Positions 24,501 through 34,323 of a DNA stretch of 64,000 nt are shown here, one piece after another (position 1 is the first letter of the stretch; every line of letters begins with the position of its first letter). Where the stretch lies: positions 32,001 through 96,000 of the IMG/VR virus record IMGVR_UViG_3300017917_002838, one strand, 5' to 3'. The DNA comes from a virus. The notes under the pieces were generated by a model. It ran no database searches. It saw only the letters and a list, made by a program, of their open reading frames with translations, and was not told the origin of the DNA. The translations under genes were made by a program, and so were the position numbers.

Positions 24501-27500
24501 TTTATTTCCTTTACCATCAGTGTCCCATCTTCCAATTTTGAAAGGACTACATTGCATATCATTCCTTCTCTCATTTTTGCTAAAGCTAATTTATACATAC
24601 TAGTAAATACGATACATCTTGTCAACTCTTTATTATTATTTACAAGCACTATATGTGCCATTGTTTTACCAGCTTTAGTCTTATATGGAATAAAAGTTAA
24701 TACTCTATATTTATCTTCTGGAATATCTTTATACTCAGATCTATATAAATAGTCTACAAATATGTCATCTGTGTCTTCTTTAATCTCGTTTATATTTACA
24801 TATCTTGCAATTCGATTATCTCCAACTAATATAAAGTACATCTGTCCAGATTCTATTTGAGTATTTTCATTATGGAAAAGTCCTATAGATCCAGTCTCAT
24901 CAACTAATTCTATTCGAGCCCAGCCAGTACCTCTTTTAATTCCTTTAACCATTCCAAACATAACAAAACATCCAAGCTCATCAAAGTCTTCAATTGGTCT
25001 TGCTTGTGCTTTAATTTTTGGAGGAATAGTATTTAAATTAAACTGAGGTATTCCTAAGTATTCGTAGAAGTTTTCTTGTTCTTTTCCGCTTCTTGGATTG
25101 TCCTTAAAAGCAGCCCCGCCAATGGTATTAAGAGCGCTAACAGCCCTAGAGTTAATACCACTCCCTTTTGCTGACGCTTTTCCAGAAAAGTCTTTATAGT
25201 CTTCATATGGCCTCTTTTCAATTATTTTATTTGCTATGCTATCTGAAATATATTTAATATTTGCTAATCCAAATCTTATTGAATTATCTTGTAAAGAAAA
25301 ATCTATTTGTGATTCGTTTACATGTGGAAGTAATATCTTCAACCCAAGTCTTTTAGCCTCAATTAAATATTCAGTTCTTGCATCCTTGTCGCCTTCATTT
25401 TTAAGTATGGCGAACATAAACTCTAATGGATAATAATGCTTTAGCCACGCAGTCCAATAAGAAAGCATACTGTAAGCAACAGCGTGAGACCTATTGAAAG
25501 AGTAGCCAGCATGAGCTTCAAAATCATGCCATAGCGCTTCTGCCGTTTCTTTTGTAATGTGCTTTGAAGCTCCAGAAACAAATTTTTCTTTGAATTGATC
25601 AAACTCTCTTGCATCCTTTTTCTTACCAATAATCTTTCTTACTTTATCTGCTTCAGACCAGGACATGCCACCCAAATAAACGCAAGCTTGCATAACCTGT
25701 TCTTGATAAATAATAACACCATAAGTATTTTTTGTAAAAGGCTGCATAATTTGATGAACATATTCTACGGCTTCTCTACCATTTTTTCTGGCAATATATG
25801 AGGCACCGACAGTATTCATTGCTCCCGGGCGAACCAAAGCGTTTGATGCAGCTAAATCTTCAAAAGAGCTGACTCCCATTTTTATTAGAAGATTTGTATA
25901 TGGAGTTGCCTCAGCTTGAAAAACTCCTTTAGTATATCCAGAACTTAGATCAAAATATACTTTTGAATCATCTAAAGGAATTTGTGATGTAATTATATCT
26001 TTATTATATCTTTGTTTGATTGATTGAATTGTGTCTGAAATAACTGATAATGTTTTTAATCCTAAAGCATCTAGCTTGATTAGCCCAATGTCTGCTACTG
26101 TATCCATGTCATAGGCTACAACAGGAACCCGTCCAGATACCTTGTCTTGTGGATCTTCTCTAGTTTCAATTGGAGCATAGTTTCTAACATCATCTTTAGC
26201 AACAACTACACCGGCTGCATGTACTCCAACATTTCTAATTCTTCCACGTAATTTTTCTGCTAAGTTTGTAACTTCTGGATATTTATTTCTAAAATCTAAT
26301 GTGTTTGGCGAATCCATATAATCTTCAAATGTGTCTACAGATTTTAGTGCCTTGTTTACTTCACCAAGTGGCACCATGAATACTCGGGCAGCATCACGTA
26401 CTACACCCTTGTCTTTAAAATATGTAAATGTAGAAATAGATGCAACGTGCTTAAACTTTTTCTTTAGATAATCTTTAACTTCTTTACGACGGCGGTCTTC
26501 AAAATCTGTGTCAATATCCGGAAAGTCGTTACGCTCTGGATTAATGAATCGAAAAAATAGAAGATCATATTCTACTGGATCAACATCTGTAATTCCAAGG
26601 GTATAGCAAACCAAAGATCCGGCTGCAGAACCACGTCCTGGTCCAACCATAATGTTCTGAGACTTTGCCCAGTTAATCATATCTGCTACAACCAAGAAAT
26701 AAGAAGCAAATTTTTTATCCTTAATAATATTTAATTCTTCTGTTAATCTCTGTTCGTATACATCATTACCCAGTAAGGATGGTGTCAGGCCTAGCCTTTC
26801 TAGGCCCTGGAAGGCCATCTCAGCCAGTTTCTCGTCGGCATTGGTCTTGGGTACTGGAAGTAGGTCTAATCCCTGCTTAAAGTCGTACTCCTCGACCTTA
26901 TTTGCTATTTCAACTGTATTATCTAAAATGTCTGCCCTATTTATACCATTTAGTTTAAATGCTTCTTCTATTTCTTTTCTGGTCATTAAATATAAATCTA
27001 AATGTTCAAAGGATATCCTGCGCTCTGGCCATAGGTAATTATATCTTTCAAACATATTGTTTATTTTTCTAGACTTTTCAAAATCTAATTCTTTATTAGC
27101 TTTTGGAGAAGTAGAAAGGATTAGCATGGCCTCCTCTAATTCTCTTTCTGATTCTTTAGAGAAATGTGCATCACCAGTTGCAACTGGTTTAATTCCTAGT
27201 TCGTCTGCTAAATTTAATAAGGCTGTATTTATTTCTATTGGATTATGTGGCTGAACCTCAACATAAAAATCATCGCCAAATGTTTTTTTAAAATCTTTTA
27301 ATAATAATTTTGCGGTAGAAAAATCTTGCTTTTCAATTGCCTTGCTAATTAAACCGTTAAGACATCCGCTTAAAACAATAATGCCATCTGAGTATTCGTT
27401 TAAAACTTCTCTGTCAATTCTAGGCTTGTGATAAAAACCTTCTGTCCAGGCAATTTCTTGAAGTCTATTTATATTAGTAAGACCCTTTTGATTTTTTGCT

Positions 27501-27784
27501 AATAAAATTACGTGATTATAAGATTGAATAGATTTATCGGTAGCTGAAGATTTATCAAACCTATCTGTTGGAGATATGTACGCTTCTACTCCAAGGATGG
27601 GTTTAACTCCATGATCTTTTGCTGCAGCTTGAATTTCTCTGTGAGACGAAAGAGTTCCATGATCTGTTATTGCCATAGCTGGCTGACCAATTTCTTTTAC
27701 AGTTTTTATAAGCTCTTCTGGAGAATTTAATCCGTCCATGAGGCTATAATAACTATGAACATGTAAATGAACAAAACTATCCAT
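24497..27784 (-). CDS. dnaE: DNA polymerase III alpha subunit
   Basis: PHP domain (HLHVHS.YS..DG, ITDHG, GVEAY, DAH); GRGSAAGS; PDIDTD; HAAG; KLD.LGL; YSFN.SHA; no intein seen. Confidence 0.96.
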   Translation of the reverse strand: MDSFVHLHVHSYYSLMDGLNSPEELIKTVKEIGQPAMAITDHGTLSSHREIQAAAKDHGVKPILGVEAYISPTDRFDKSSATDKSIQSYNHVILLAKNQKGLTNINRLQEIAWTEGFYHKPRIDREVLNEYSDGIIVLSGCLNGLISKAIEKQDFSTAKLLLKDFKKTFGDDFYVEVQPHNPIEINTALLNLADELGIKPVATGDAHFSKESERELEEAMLILSTSPKANKELDFEKSRKINNMFERYNYLWPERRISFEHLDLYLMTRKEIEEAFKLNGINRADILDNTVEIANKVEEYDFKQGLDLLPVPKTNADEKLAEMAFQGLERLGLTPSLLGNDVYEQRLTEELNIIKDKKFASYFLVVADMINWAKSQNIMVGPGRGSAAGSLVCYTLGITDVDPVEYDLLFFRFINPERNDFPDIDTDFEDRRRKEVKDYLKKKFKHVASISTFTYFKDKGVVRDAARVFMVPLGEVNKALKSVDTFEDYMDSPNTLDFRNKYPEVTNLAEKLRGRIRNVGVHAAGVVVAKDDVRNYAPIETREDPQDKVSGRVPVVAYDMDTVADIGLIKLDALGLKTLSVISDTIQSIKQRYNKDIITSQIPLDDSKVYFDLSSGYTKGVFQAEATPYTNLLIKMGVSSFEDLAASNALVRPGAMNTVGASYIARKNGREAVEYVHQIMQPFTKNTYGVIIYQEQVMQACVYLGGMSWSEADKVRKIIGKKKDAREFDQFKEKFVSGASKHITKETAEALWHDFEAHAGYSFNRSHAVAYSMLSYWTAWLKHYYPLEFMFAILKNEGDKDARTEYLIEAKRLGLKILLPHVNESQIDFSLQDNSIRFGLANIKYISDSIANKIIEKRPYEDYKDFSGKASAKGSGINSRAVSALNTIGGAAFKDNPRSGKEQENFYEYLGIPQFNLNTIPPKIKAQARPIEDFDELGCFVMFGMVKGIKRGTGWARIELVDETGSIGLFHNENTQIESGQMYFILVGDNRIARYVNINEIKEDTDDIFVDYLYRSEYKDIPEDKYRVLTFIPYKTKAGKTMAHIVLVNNNKELTRCIVFTSMYKLALAKMREGMICNVVLSKLEDGTLMVKEIK

Positions 27785-27986
27785 CCCGCCTCCAATGTAT
27801 AAACGATTTAATATAAACTATCATATATGCGATAGCTGCAACTATAAAACCATATTGTTTTGTAACGATAGCATATGCTATCCATAAGCATTCATTGACA
27901 ACAAGTATGAGCCAACCCCAGATTGTTTTTTTACCAACAAAAAATATTCCGGTTACTCCAACCGCTGCTAATATCCATGACCACAT
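27777..27986 (-). CDS. Small 3-TM PnuC-like membrane protein
   Basis: G....G.K..WGW...NE.LW..Y....QYG...W pattern. Confidence 0.6.
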   Translation of the reverse strand: MWSWILAAVGVTGIFFVGKKTIWGWLILVVNECLWIAYAIVTKQYGFIVAAIAYMIVYIKSFIHWRRDG

Positions 27987-28014
27987 TTTAATAATAGGGG
28001 GCTTTCGCCCCCTA
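27987..28014 (-). terminator. Terminator-like hairpin after ssb
   Basis: TAGGGGGC-GAAA-GCCCCCTA. Confidence 0.7.
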
Positions 28015-28017
28015 CCT

Positions 28018-28689
28018 TTACCAGTCTAAACTGCTGCTTGTTGAGGAATCTTCTGATTTTTCTGACTCATTGTTGAGATAGAATGATTCCTGCTCTGCAT
28101 ATGGAAGATCTCTAACGGCAACCGTTTCTAGATCGAATAATTCAAGTGCTGACTTATCAAAAGCACCCTCATCTTTTGCTAATGGAATTGCTGTGTAACT
28201 GGTATCTGTCTTAGAGCCAGTTCTCTTTACACGCCACATTAAATTAGAAATGCTACCCATTTCATTTGCATACTCAATGAGTGTTGGTGTAATTGTTTTT
28301 CCGCTATGACCTTGAGACAAGATTGCTACGTATGGATCTTCCTTGCCATCATCAACTAGAACGTTGATATAAAGTCTTTGTCGGCCTTTCCATCCAGCCT
28401 TATAGTCTTTCTTATGCTGTTCGCATCCCCAACACTTGCCTTGATCGTCAATTGTGCATAGGGCTTTTCGTCTGTAATCTTTAGGATTTGTATGTTCTAC
28501 TGCAATAAATCCAAGACCGTATTTAACATCGTAATGCGGTGAATCTGGGTCTAGCTCTTGTAAAAATCTAATCTTTAAGCTTTCGCCGTCTTCAATCTTT
28601 AGCCAACGGCCTTTTGGTCCGCCTTCTCCACTTGATTGTGGTTTGTCTAGTGCTTTGTTTAGGTCTTTTAGACCTTTTACTATTCCCAT
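28018..28689 (-). CDS. Single-stranded DNA-binding protein (gp32-like)
   Basis: KIRFL, Zn ligands H..C..CxxC, acidic tail ending DW; located between primase and polymerase. Confidence 0.75.
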   Translation of the reverse strand: MGIVKGLKDLNKALDKPQSSGEGGPKGRWLKIEDGESLKIRFLQELDPDSPHYDVKYGLGFIAVEHTNPKDYRRKALCTIDDQGKCWGCEQHKKDYKAGWKGRQRLYINVLVDDGKEDPYVAILSQGHSGKTITPTLIEYANEMGSISNLMWRVKRTGSKTDTSYTAIPLAKDEGAFDKSALELFDLETVAVRDLPYAEQESFYLNNESEKSEDSSTSSSLDW

Positions 28690-28745
28690 ATATATTCCTT
28701 ATCTGTATAGTTGGCAGTATAGATCTGCCTGTATATTCTATTATA

Positions 28746-29738
28746 TCATTGCCATAAAACATATTCAATATGAGAAACTGCATTTCTGATACAATCTTTT
28801 ATCTCAGAATCTGTCATGTCTCCCGCATCTTTTGCATCATGTGGGTATATCTTACCATAAGAATGCGAAGCCCACAAGATGTCTTTATTCTTTAATCTAC
28901 TTACAATTGAATTACCAAGTTCTCTACCTGCTAAATCTGCATCTGTCATAATTATTATTTTGTTAAAATATCTATTTAATAAATTAATATTTGTAGAAGA
29001 TAGATGTCCTCCCAGTGTTGCTACTACGTTTGGAAATCCAGCCTGATGAACCCTCATTGCATCAAAGGATGATTCTGTAATAATACAAATACCGCCAACA
29101 AGTTTAGCCCTGTGAATATTAAAAAGGGTACTACTGCGAGGTAGTCCCGTAGAGTTTTTGAACGTTTTACTATCAATCCCACGCCCAACAATCCCAACGC
29201 AAGTCCCGTCAGGGCTATGTACAGGAACAGTAACCATCCTGCGATTATAAGAATATCCAACATTAAAGTACTCCAATGTTTCATCTGTAAATCCACGACC
29301 ATGCATGTATGCACGTCCGTCATCATATTTTTTCATCTCTTCTGAAAGTTTTAATAATGTTTCTGAATCAAACTCTATAAACTCTGGTTTATCTTCTAGC
29401 GTTTCTGCTAACATTTCATCAAAGTTTGATAAAGATTCTGTTTCTTTACTAGAAATAAATCTTATTGCTTCAAAGTAATTCTTGCCACCTACTCTTTTTA
29501 TTAGATCAATAAGTGTTCCAGTTTCTCCGCAAGCTGGGTTGAAACACAACCATGCTCCAGAACTTTTGCTAACAGAAAAACTTGTTGTATGCCTATTACT
29601 ATGAAATGGACAATATAATAAAAAGTCGTTACCGGTTTCTCCAGCTACATCTAAACCTAAAGACTTTAGAACTGATTTAATGTGCGAGGAGGAATACGTC
29701 TGATCAGTTTGCTTTGCGAAATTCCCTCTAATTGCCAT
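28746..29738 (-). CDS. dnaG: DNA primase
   Basis: CPFH...C...C zinc finger; TOPRIM ESSFDA, ATLG, D.D.AG and KDAGD. Confidence 0.9.
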   Translation of the reverse strand: MAIRGNFAKQTDQTYSSSHIKSVLKSLGLDVAGETGNDFLLYCPFHSNRHTTSFSVSKSSGAWLCFNPACGETGTLIDLIKRVGGKNYFEAIRFISSKETESLSNFDEMLAETLEDKPEFIEFDSETLLKLSEEMKKYDDGRAYMHGRGFTDETLEYFNVGYSYNRRMVTVPVHSPDGTCVGIVGRGIDSKTFKNSTGLPRSSTLFNIHRAKLVGGICIITESSFDAMRVHQAGFPNVVATLGGHLSSTNINLLNRYFNKIIIMTDADLAGRELGNSIVSRLKNKDILWASHSYGKIYPHDAKDAGDMTDSEIKDCIRNAVSHIEYVLWQ

Positions 29739-29965
29739 GCCTGACTCTTTCCTACATGCACTCCGTGGATAGTTATTAGGAACTTCCACTTTTCACCATC
29801 ATATTCTACAGAAAAGGCGGGGTCTATGTCAAGTGTTCTTACATAGCCCATGTCTCTCATATTATGTATCAGTAAAGATTCGTACTGGGCTCTGATTCTA
29901 ACCATGTCAGAATCATCTAGGAACTCGCCCTTAATTTGAAATCTTCTTAATTGTTGATGAGTCAT
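29666..29965 (-). CDS. Hypothetical protein
   Basis: ORF track; ATGA overlap with the helicase. Confidence 0.7.
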   Translation of the reverse strand: MTHQQLRRFQIKGEFLDDSDMVRIRAQYESLLIHNMRDMGYVRTLDIDPAFSVEYDGEKWKFLITIHGVHVGKSQAWQLEGISQSKLIRRIPPRTLNQF

Positions 29966-31188
29966 TGCACCGGATTTTCATACACTTCCTTAATTATACC
30001 TCTATTGATATCCCAGTCCAGATAGAATGAAAATTCTTTTCCATGTCTATTTTTTCTAGAAACAATCTCAATAAGATTTGAATCGGAAATTCTATGAATG
30101 GCTAGTGCCATATCTGCATCATATTCAATTGCTTTTGACCAGGCTACCTGAGAAAGCATTGGTGGATTATCTTGGTCTGAGATATCATCCATTGTTGCAG
30201 CAGTAATATCAATAATTGGAATATTATTTGTCATTGCAAGCATTTTAAATTCACGAGAAATATTCATATTACGCTCTGTAGCACCAGAACTTTTTCTAGT
30301 ATCTACGAACAACTGGTGATAATCTAAAATAACTAGATCTGGCTTATGCTGGTCAATCTTTGCCTGAATAGTATTAGCGTTGACTTCTCCAACACCCTCA
30401 TTAGACACCAAAATAAATCCACGCTTATCTGCAAACTTCTTTTTACTCCAAGACTTGAAGTCGTCCATGTTTATATCACCACGAGAAATGTCGCTATTTT
30501 TAAATATACCGGAACCCATAATTGTATATATACGATCACGCATGTTTTCTGGAGACATTTCAAGGGATACAATCATTGGTTTAAAACCTTGCTCCCAAGC
30601 TTTGCATGCTAGATAAGAAGTAAACCAGGTCTTACCTTTACCCGGCCATCCTATAGCAACTATAAGATGTCCTGGAGCCATTCCTGTGGCATAAGCAGCA
30701 TCAATTGCTTCAAACCCCGTTGGTATTCCTGGACTTCCACCCATCATGGCAGACCTTAGTTTAACATTCTCAAAATGTTTTTCTGCTAATTCGATGTCTG
30801 TAACATCTACGTCTCGAATATTATTTGTAAACTTATTTAAAACAGAAAGCTCTTTTTGCATTTGATCTAGCACTCTTGCTGGAGTATCTTCTTTTAAACT
30901 ACTTCCGCTTTTCAAAATAATATTCTTGATTTTATTAGAAAGATATTCATTCTTTAATTCGTCTAGATAATATCCAGTTTCTGCTGTTACCTTTACTGGT
31001 TCAAAATCTTTAAACCGATCCTGAAGAATTCCAACTTCTGGTACCGACTTAAATTTTTGATAATAAGATTTTAAACTTTCCCAAATGTCTTTATGCGAAA
31101 CAAATAGGTCATCTACATTTTGTGCCAGCAGTACGCTTATGTCTTTATTCTGACATACTGCCGAGATTAGAGTTGCCTCCGTGTTCAA
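29962..31188 (-). CDS. dnaB: DnaB-like replicative helicase
   Basis: GWPGKGKT, SLEM, ILDY, IEYDAD and KNRHG motifs. Confidence 0.93.
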   Translation of the reverse strand: MNTEATLISAVCQNKDISVLLAQNVDDLFVSHKDIWESLKSYYQKFKSVPEVGILQDRFKDFEPVKVTAETGYYLDELKNEYLSNKIKNIILKSGSSLKEDTPARVLDQMQKELSVLNKFTNNIRDVDVTDIELAEKHFENVKLRSAMMGGSPGIPTGFEAIDAAYATGMAPGHLIVAIGWPGKGKTWFTSYLACKAWEQGFKPMIVSLEMSPENMRDRIYTIMGSGIFKNSDISRGDINMDDFKSWSKKKFADKRGFILVSNEGVGEVNANTIQAKIDQHKPDLVILDYHQLFVDTRKSSGATERNMNISREFKMLAMTNNIPIIDITAATMDDISDQDNPPMLSQVAWSKAIEYDADMALAIHRISDSNLIEIVSRKNRHGKEFSFYLDWDINRGIIKEVYENPVQ

Positions 31189-31513
31189 TGTTCCGCCTCT
31201 CTTCTACCATGCTCTTAGTCTCATATCTTAACATATCTCTATGATGTTTGTCACTTTCTATATCTCTTTTTAACTTATCTATTTTATCAAAGTTGTATAG
31301 GAACCAGGATATAGGATGTCCAGACTTATCTAAAGTAAAATAATAAGAAATTAATTCTTTAGCTTTTTCATAGCCAACAGAATCTATTACGTCCTGCATA
31401 CCCCACTTTTCACGATACCTATTAATTGAAGGATTTTTTCCGCCATACTTTTCTTTGTATAAATTTGTATAAAGTGTTAAAAGGGCATGTGGTAAATTAT
31501 TTTTATTTTCCAT
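31145..31513 (-). CDS. Hypothetical protein (possible helicase loader/initiator)
   Basis: ORF track; position upstream of dnaB. Confidence 0.6.
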   Translation of the reverse strand: MENKNNLPHALLTLYTNLYKEKYGGKNPSINRYREKWGMQDVIDSVGYEKAKELISYYFTLDKSGHPISWFLYNFDKIDKLKRDIESDKHHRDMLRYETKSMVEERRNIEHGGNSNLGSMSE

Positions 31514-31709
31514 TCTTTAGCTCTTCTTCAACCTCTTCTGTTTTTTGAACAAGTTTCTTTTCTACAAATGCGTAAACTCTATCTGTGGCCGAGTCGACAG
31601 TCTCCCCGTCTCTAACCCAATCCTCTACGCCAATGCCAATTTTAATGCTCTCATAATTACCTAAATTTCTGGTAAATGAAAGATCAACCTTAACTTTTGT
31701 TTCGGACAT
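31503..31709 (-). CDS. Hypothetical protein (TRNLGNYES motif)
   Basis: Common small phage protein motif. Confidence 0.7.
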   Translation of the reverse strand: MSETKVKVDLSFTRNLGNYESIKIGIGVEDWVRDGETVDSATDRVYAFVEKKLVQKTEEVEEELKNGK

Positions 31710-31711
31710 AA

Positions 31712-31867
31712 TCACCACCAATATATCACAAAGTAGAAAAATAATAGATCTACTGATAAGCTTCTTTTATTTATTTGTATGCCAACTGCCAAAGTCTTAA
31801 ATGAATAAGACCATTCTAAAGAAAGTCTAAATTTTTTACGTCCGGAAGAATATACTCTATTCCTCAT
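31712..31867 (-). CDS. Small hypothetical protein (51 aa)
   Basis: Hand translation MRNRVYSSGRKKFRLSLEWSYSF...; TAATG coupling; fills the gap exactly. Confidence 0.55.
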   Translation of the reverse strand: MRNRVYSSGRKKFRLSLEWSYSFKTLAVGIQINKRSLSVDLLFFYFVIYWW

Positions 31868-32352
31868 TAGTCCGCCTTCCAAACTGGTATAAATTTTCCG
31901 TCTTCTGTTTTCGTATACAGAATGATATTATTTTTTAAAAGAGCTGTCAACTCCCTTTTATTAGGAAGATCTTCTATATTTCTTCCTGAAGATAAAATAA
32001 ATTCATATATTTCAATAATGTCATCTTCGCTAAAAATATATTTCCACCACCCTGAATCTGGTTTTCCTATAGGAATAGCTTTTTGTGGAGCCCGAACCTT
32101 GCCCTCTATTATATAATCTTGTATAGTTACTCTATGTTTATTTAAAATAGTACTTACTTCTGTTAGTGTAAAAGCATTTTGCATATATTTAACGACATCA
32201 GAGTATATAAATATCATTCTTTTTTGATCTGAATATGACCAGGCAATTATCTGATCTTTAGCCCTGGAAGATCTTAGAACACGGTAAAGTTTTTTATCTA
32301 AATAAAAATACTTAAACTTTTTGCTTGTTCTATTTCTTTTTGTTGTAGCCAT
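31867..32352 (-). CDS. HTH DNA-binding protein
   Basis: FTLTEVSTILNKHRVTIQDYI..G (MerR/Xis-like HTH). Confidence 0.75.
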   Translation of the reverse strand: MATTKRNRTSKKFKYFYLDKKLYRVLRSSRAKDQIIAWSYSDQKRMIFIYSDVVKYMQNAFTLTEVSTILNKHRVTIQDYIIEGKVRAPQKAIPIGKPDSGWWKYIFSEDDIIEIYEFILSSGRNIEDLPNKRELTALLKNNIILYTKTEDGKFIPVWKAD

Positions 32353-32486
32353 ACAGCAAGTACCGATTTCTCTTTATGAAGCATCCACCGCTTACCGCAC
32401 ATAATACAAAATAGTTCTACGTGCAACTTTTGAGAAAATACTCTGTCTATAAAAACTCGACCATTGCATTTTCTGCAGGTAAACAT
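32298..32486 (-). CDS. Small zinc-ribbon protein
   Basis: CRKCNGR...CIMCG. Confidence 0.75.
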   Translation of the reverse strand: MFTCRKCNGRVFIDRVFSQKLHVELFCIMCGKRWMLHKEKSVLAVWLQQKEIEQAKSLSIFI

Positions 32487-33293
32487 TTATATCGAAAAGA
32501 CCTTTCCATCTACCACACATGTATAGTCTGGAGATATTTCAATTATTTGAACATGTGGCCATTCGCCATTTTCTATATGAGCAATTGCAAAACCTTTTTG
32601 CCAATCATGATGTTGAGTATATTTCATTCCTTCGCTTTTTTCATCGCACATGTGTCCGATTTCATATCCACGAATTGTTTCGCCCTTACCATCATTTCTT
32701 AACTCATATGTTTGAAAGTGTGAGGCTATTCTATGAGAATGACCTCGAATTAATGACACCTGAAGATCATTCATGTCTTTTCTCACAGCTCCAGTGTCTG
32801 CCACCGAAAGTCCGTGATGAACGTGAATATCTCCATATCTTTTTTTAGGAAGTTCATTATAATAAATATAATCGTAACCATATGAGTCAAGTCCCCATAG
32901 CGATTCTGGTGTTACTAATTTAATATAATCTGGAAGTTTTGCATCTACATAATTAAAAATTCTTACATCATGATTTCCAAGTGCTGTAAATAGCTCTGCT
33001 TTTTTACCAGCAACATCCCGATTCATTTTATAAAATTCTCTAGCGTCTTTAGCCTCATGCTCCATTAACGGAATAATAGCTTCACCATTTTCTGCCTTAT
33101 GCATTTTTAAGAATTCGGCAGATCTTCCTTCTGTATATTTACTATAACAGGCTTGATCGTCTGTATCACCCAAAATGTCTACTACGTCCGGCTTCCACCA
33201 CTTCATTACCTTAAACCAAAGCTCAATAGCTTTGTTGTCTTGATAAGGAAATTGCTGGTCAGAAGACAGCATCCATTTTAAATCATTAGACAT
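32487..33293 (-). CDS. Calcineurin-like metallophosphoesterase
   Basis: SDxQ, LGDxDD, GNHD, HHG and GHSHR motifs. Confidence 0.88.
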   Translation of the reverse strand: MSNDLKWMLSSDQQFPYQDNKAIELWFKVMKWWKPDVVDILGDTDDQACYSKYTEGRSAEFLKMHKAENGEAIIPLMEHEAKDAREFYKMNRDVAGKKAELFTALGNHDVRIFNYVDAKLPDYIKLVTPESLWGLDSYGYDYIYYNELPKKRYGDIHVHHGLSVADTGAVRKDMNDLQVSLIRGHSHRIASHFQTYELRNDGKGETIRGYEIGHMCDEKSEGMKYTQHHDWQKGFAIAHIENGEWPHVQIIEISPDYTCVVDGKVFSI

Positions 33294-33309
33294 TTTTCTC
33301 CCTATATGT

Positions 33310-33373
33310 AAAAAGTCACGAAACCGTGACTTTAGGTACTACAAATTGTAGCATTATGAATTGATATCGTCAA
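33310..33373 (-). promoter_or_regulatory. Promoter of the replication operon plus 5' hairpin
   Basis: TTGACG-N17-TACAAT (33345-33373), then AAAGTCACG-GTTT-CGTGACTTT. Confidence 0.65.
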
Positions 33374-33793
33374 TTATCCGTGCAAGACTGCCATGAAATA
33401 AATATTTACCATGTATTCTTTTTTGTCACCAGTTTTATAATAAACGTAAACATCTGCCGAGTCTACTCTAATTTCACCAATTGTTACAGACATTTGCTCG
33501 TTTGCCAATCCACCTTCTGGGCTGCTAACATTTGCAATAACAGATTGTGGTGCCATTGAGAAAAATCCTTCAAAATTAGCAATAAATTTTGTTGCCTTGC
33601 CAGCTACCACTTTTTGTTTTCCGGTTAATCCACCAAATATTTGTGGCTGAATACTATTTTCTAAAGAACTTTGACCAGGTCTTCTTCCTACAATTGGAAT
33701 AGATGATCTTACCGCATAAAAATCTTGAGCTAAACTATTTAGAGTGGAAGCATCTAATGGTGTTCCATCTGGAAAGTTATATGCCTGAGCCAT
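33374..33793 (-). CDS. Small virion/tail-tip protein
   Basis: F.DG.PLDA..LN N-terminus and beta-rich C-terminus; last gene of the tail operon. Confidence 0.6.
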   Translation of the reverse strand: MAQAYNFPDGTPLDASTLNSLAQDFYAVRSSIPIVGRRPGQSSLENSIQPQIFGGLTGKQKVVAGKATKFIANFEGFFSMAPQSVIANVSSPEGGLANEQMSVTIGEIRVDSADVYVYYKTGDKKEYMVNIYFMAVLHG

Positions 33794-33801
33794 TTTTCTC
33801 C

Positions 33802-33981
33802 TTAGTTATCTAAGCTATCTAGATGTAGCTGATACTCTTTTTCTGCTTTTTCTTTTTCTTCTTTTTCATTAAGCATCTGTGTTATTTCTGATCTTAAAAT
33901 TGCAATTTGTGTTTCATAATTAGCTGCCATCTCACCAATTTTTTGCTGAAGAGCTGTAATTATTAATTCTGATTTATTCAT
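33802..33981 (-). CDS. Small coiled-coil protein (59 aa)
   Basis: Hand translation MNKSELIITALQQKIGEMAANYETQIAILRSEITQ...; TAATG coupled. Confidence 0.75.
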   Translation of the reverse strand: MNKSELIITALQQKIGEMAANYETQIAILRSEITQMLNEKEEKEKAEKEYQLHLDSLDN

Positions 33982-34286
33982 TATTGTCCTGTAATATGTG
34001 GAAAAGCATTTACATTGTTCATGTATAAATATTGTCCAGGTGCAGCATATTCAAAAAGGGAATTTACTAAGTCTGGTGAAACCTCTAAAGAATTTAATTC
34101 TTCTTGTAGAGCTAGAACCTTTAAATTTATTTTTTCTATTTCAGAATTTGTAACACTTATGATTCCAGAATTTTCTTCTGAATTAACATTATATTCAATT
34201 AATGCTAATTCAAAATTATATTTTTGTGCAGATAAATTTTTTAATTTACCAACCACAATAGAAGCTTTTTCGTTATTTGAAAGCAT
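33981..34286 (-). CDS. Coiled-coil hypothetical protein
   Basis: AAGGAG RBS; ORF track. Confidence 0.7.
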   Translation of the reverse strand: MLSNNEKASIVVGKLKNLSAQKYNFELALIEYNVNSEENSGIISVTNSEIEKINLKVLALQEELNSLEVSPDLVNSLFEYAAPGQYLYMNNVNAFPHITGQ

Positions 34287-34323
34287 TTTTCTCCTTTATT
34301 TATATTATTATACCATAACAGCA

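Noticed and set aside
22654-31188. Inteins or introns in RecA, DnaE or DnaB (also TerL)
   Set aside because: Lengths are normal, motifs are contiguous, and no intein splice motifs or homing endonuclease were seen.
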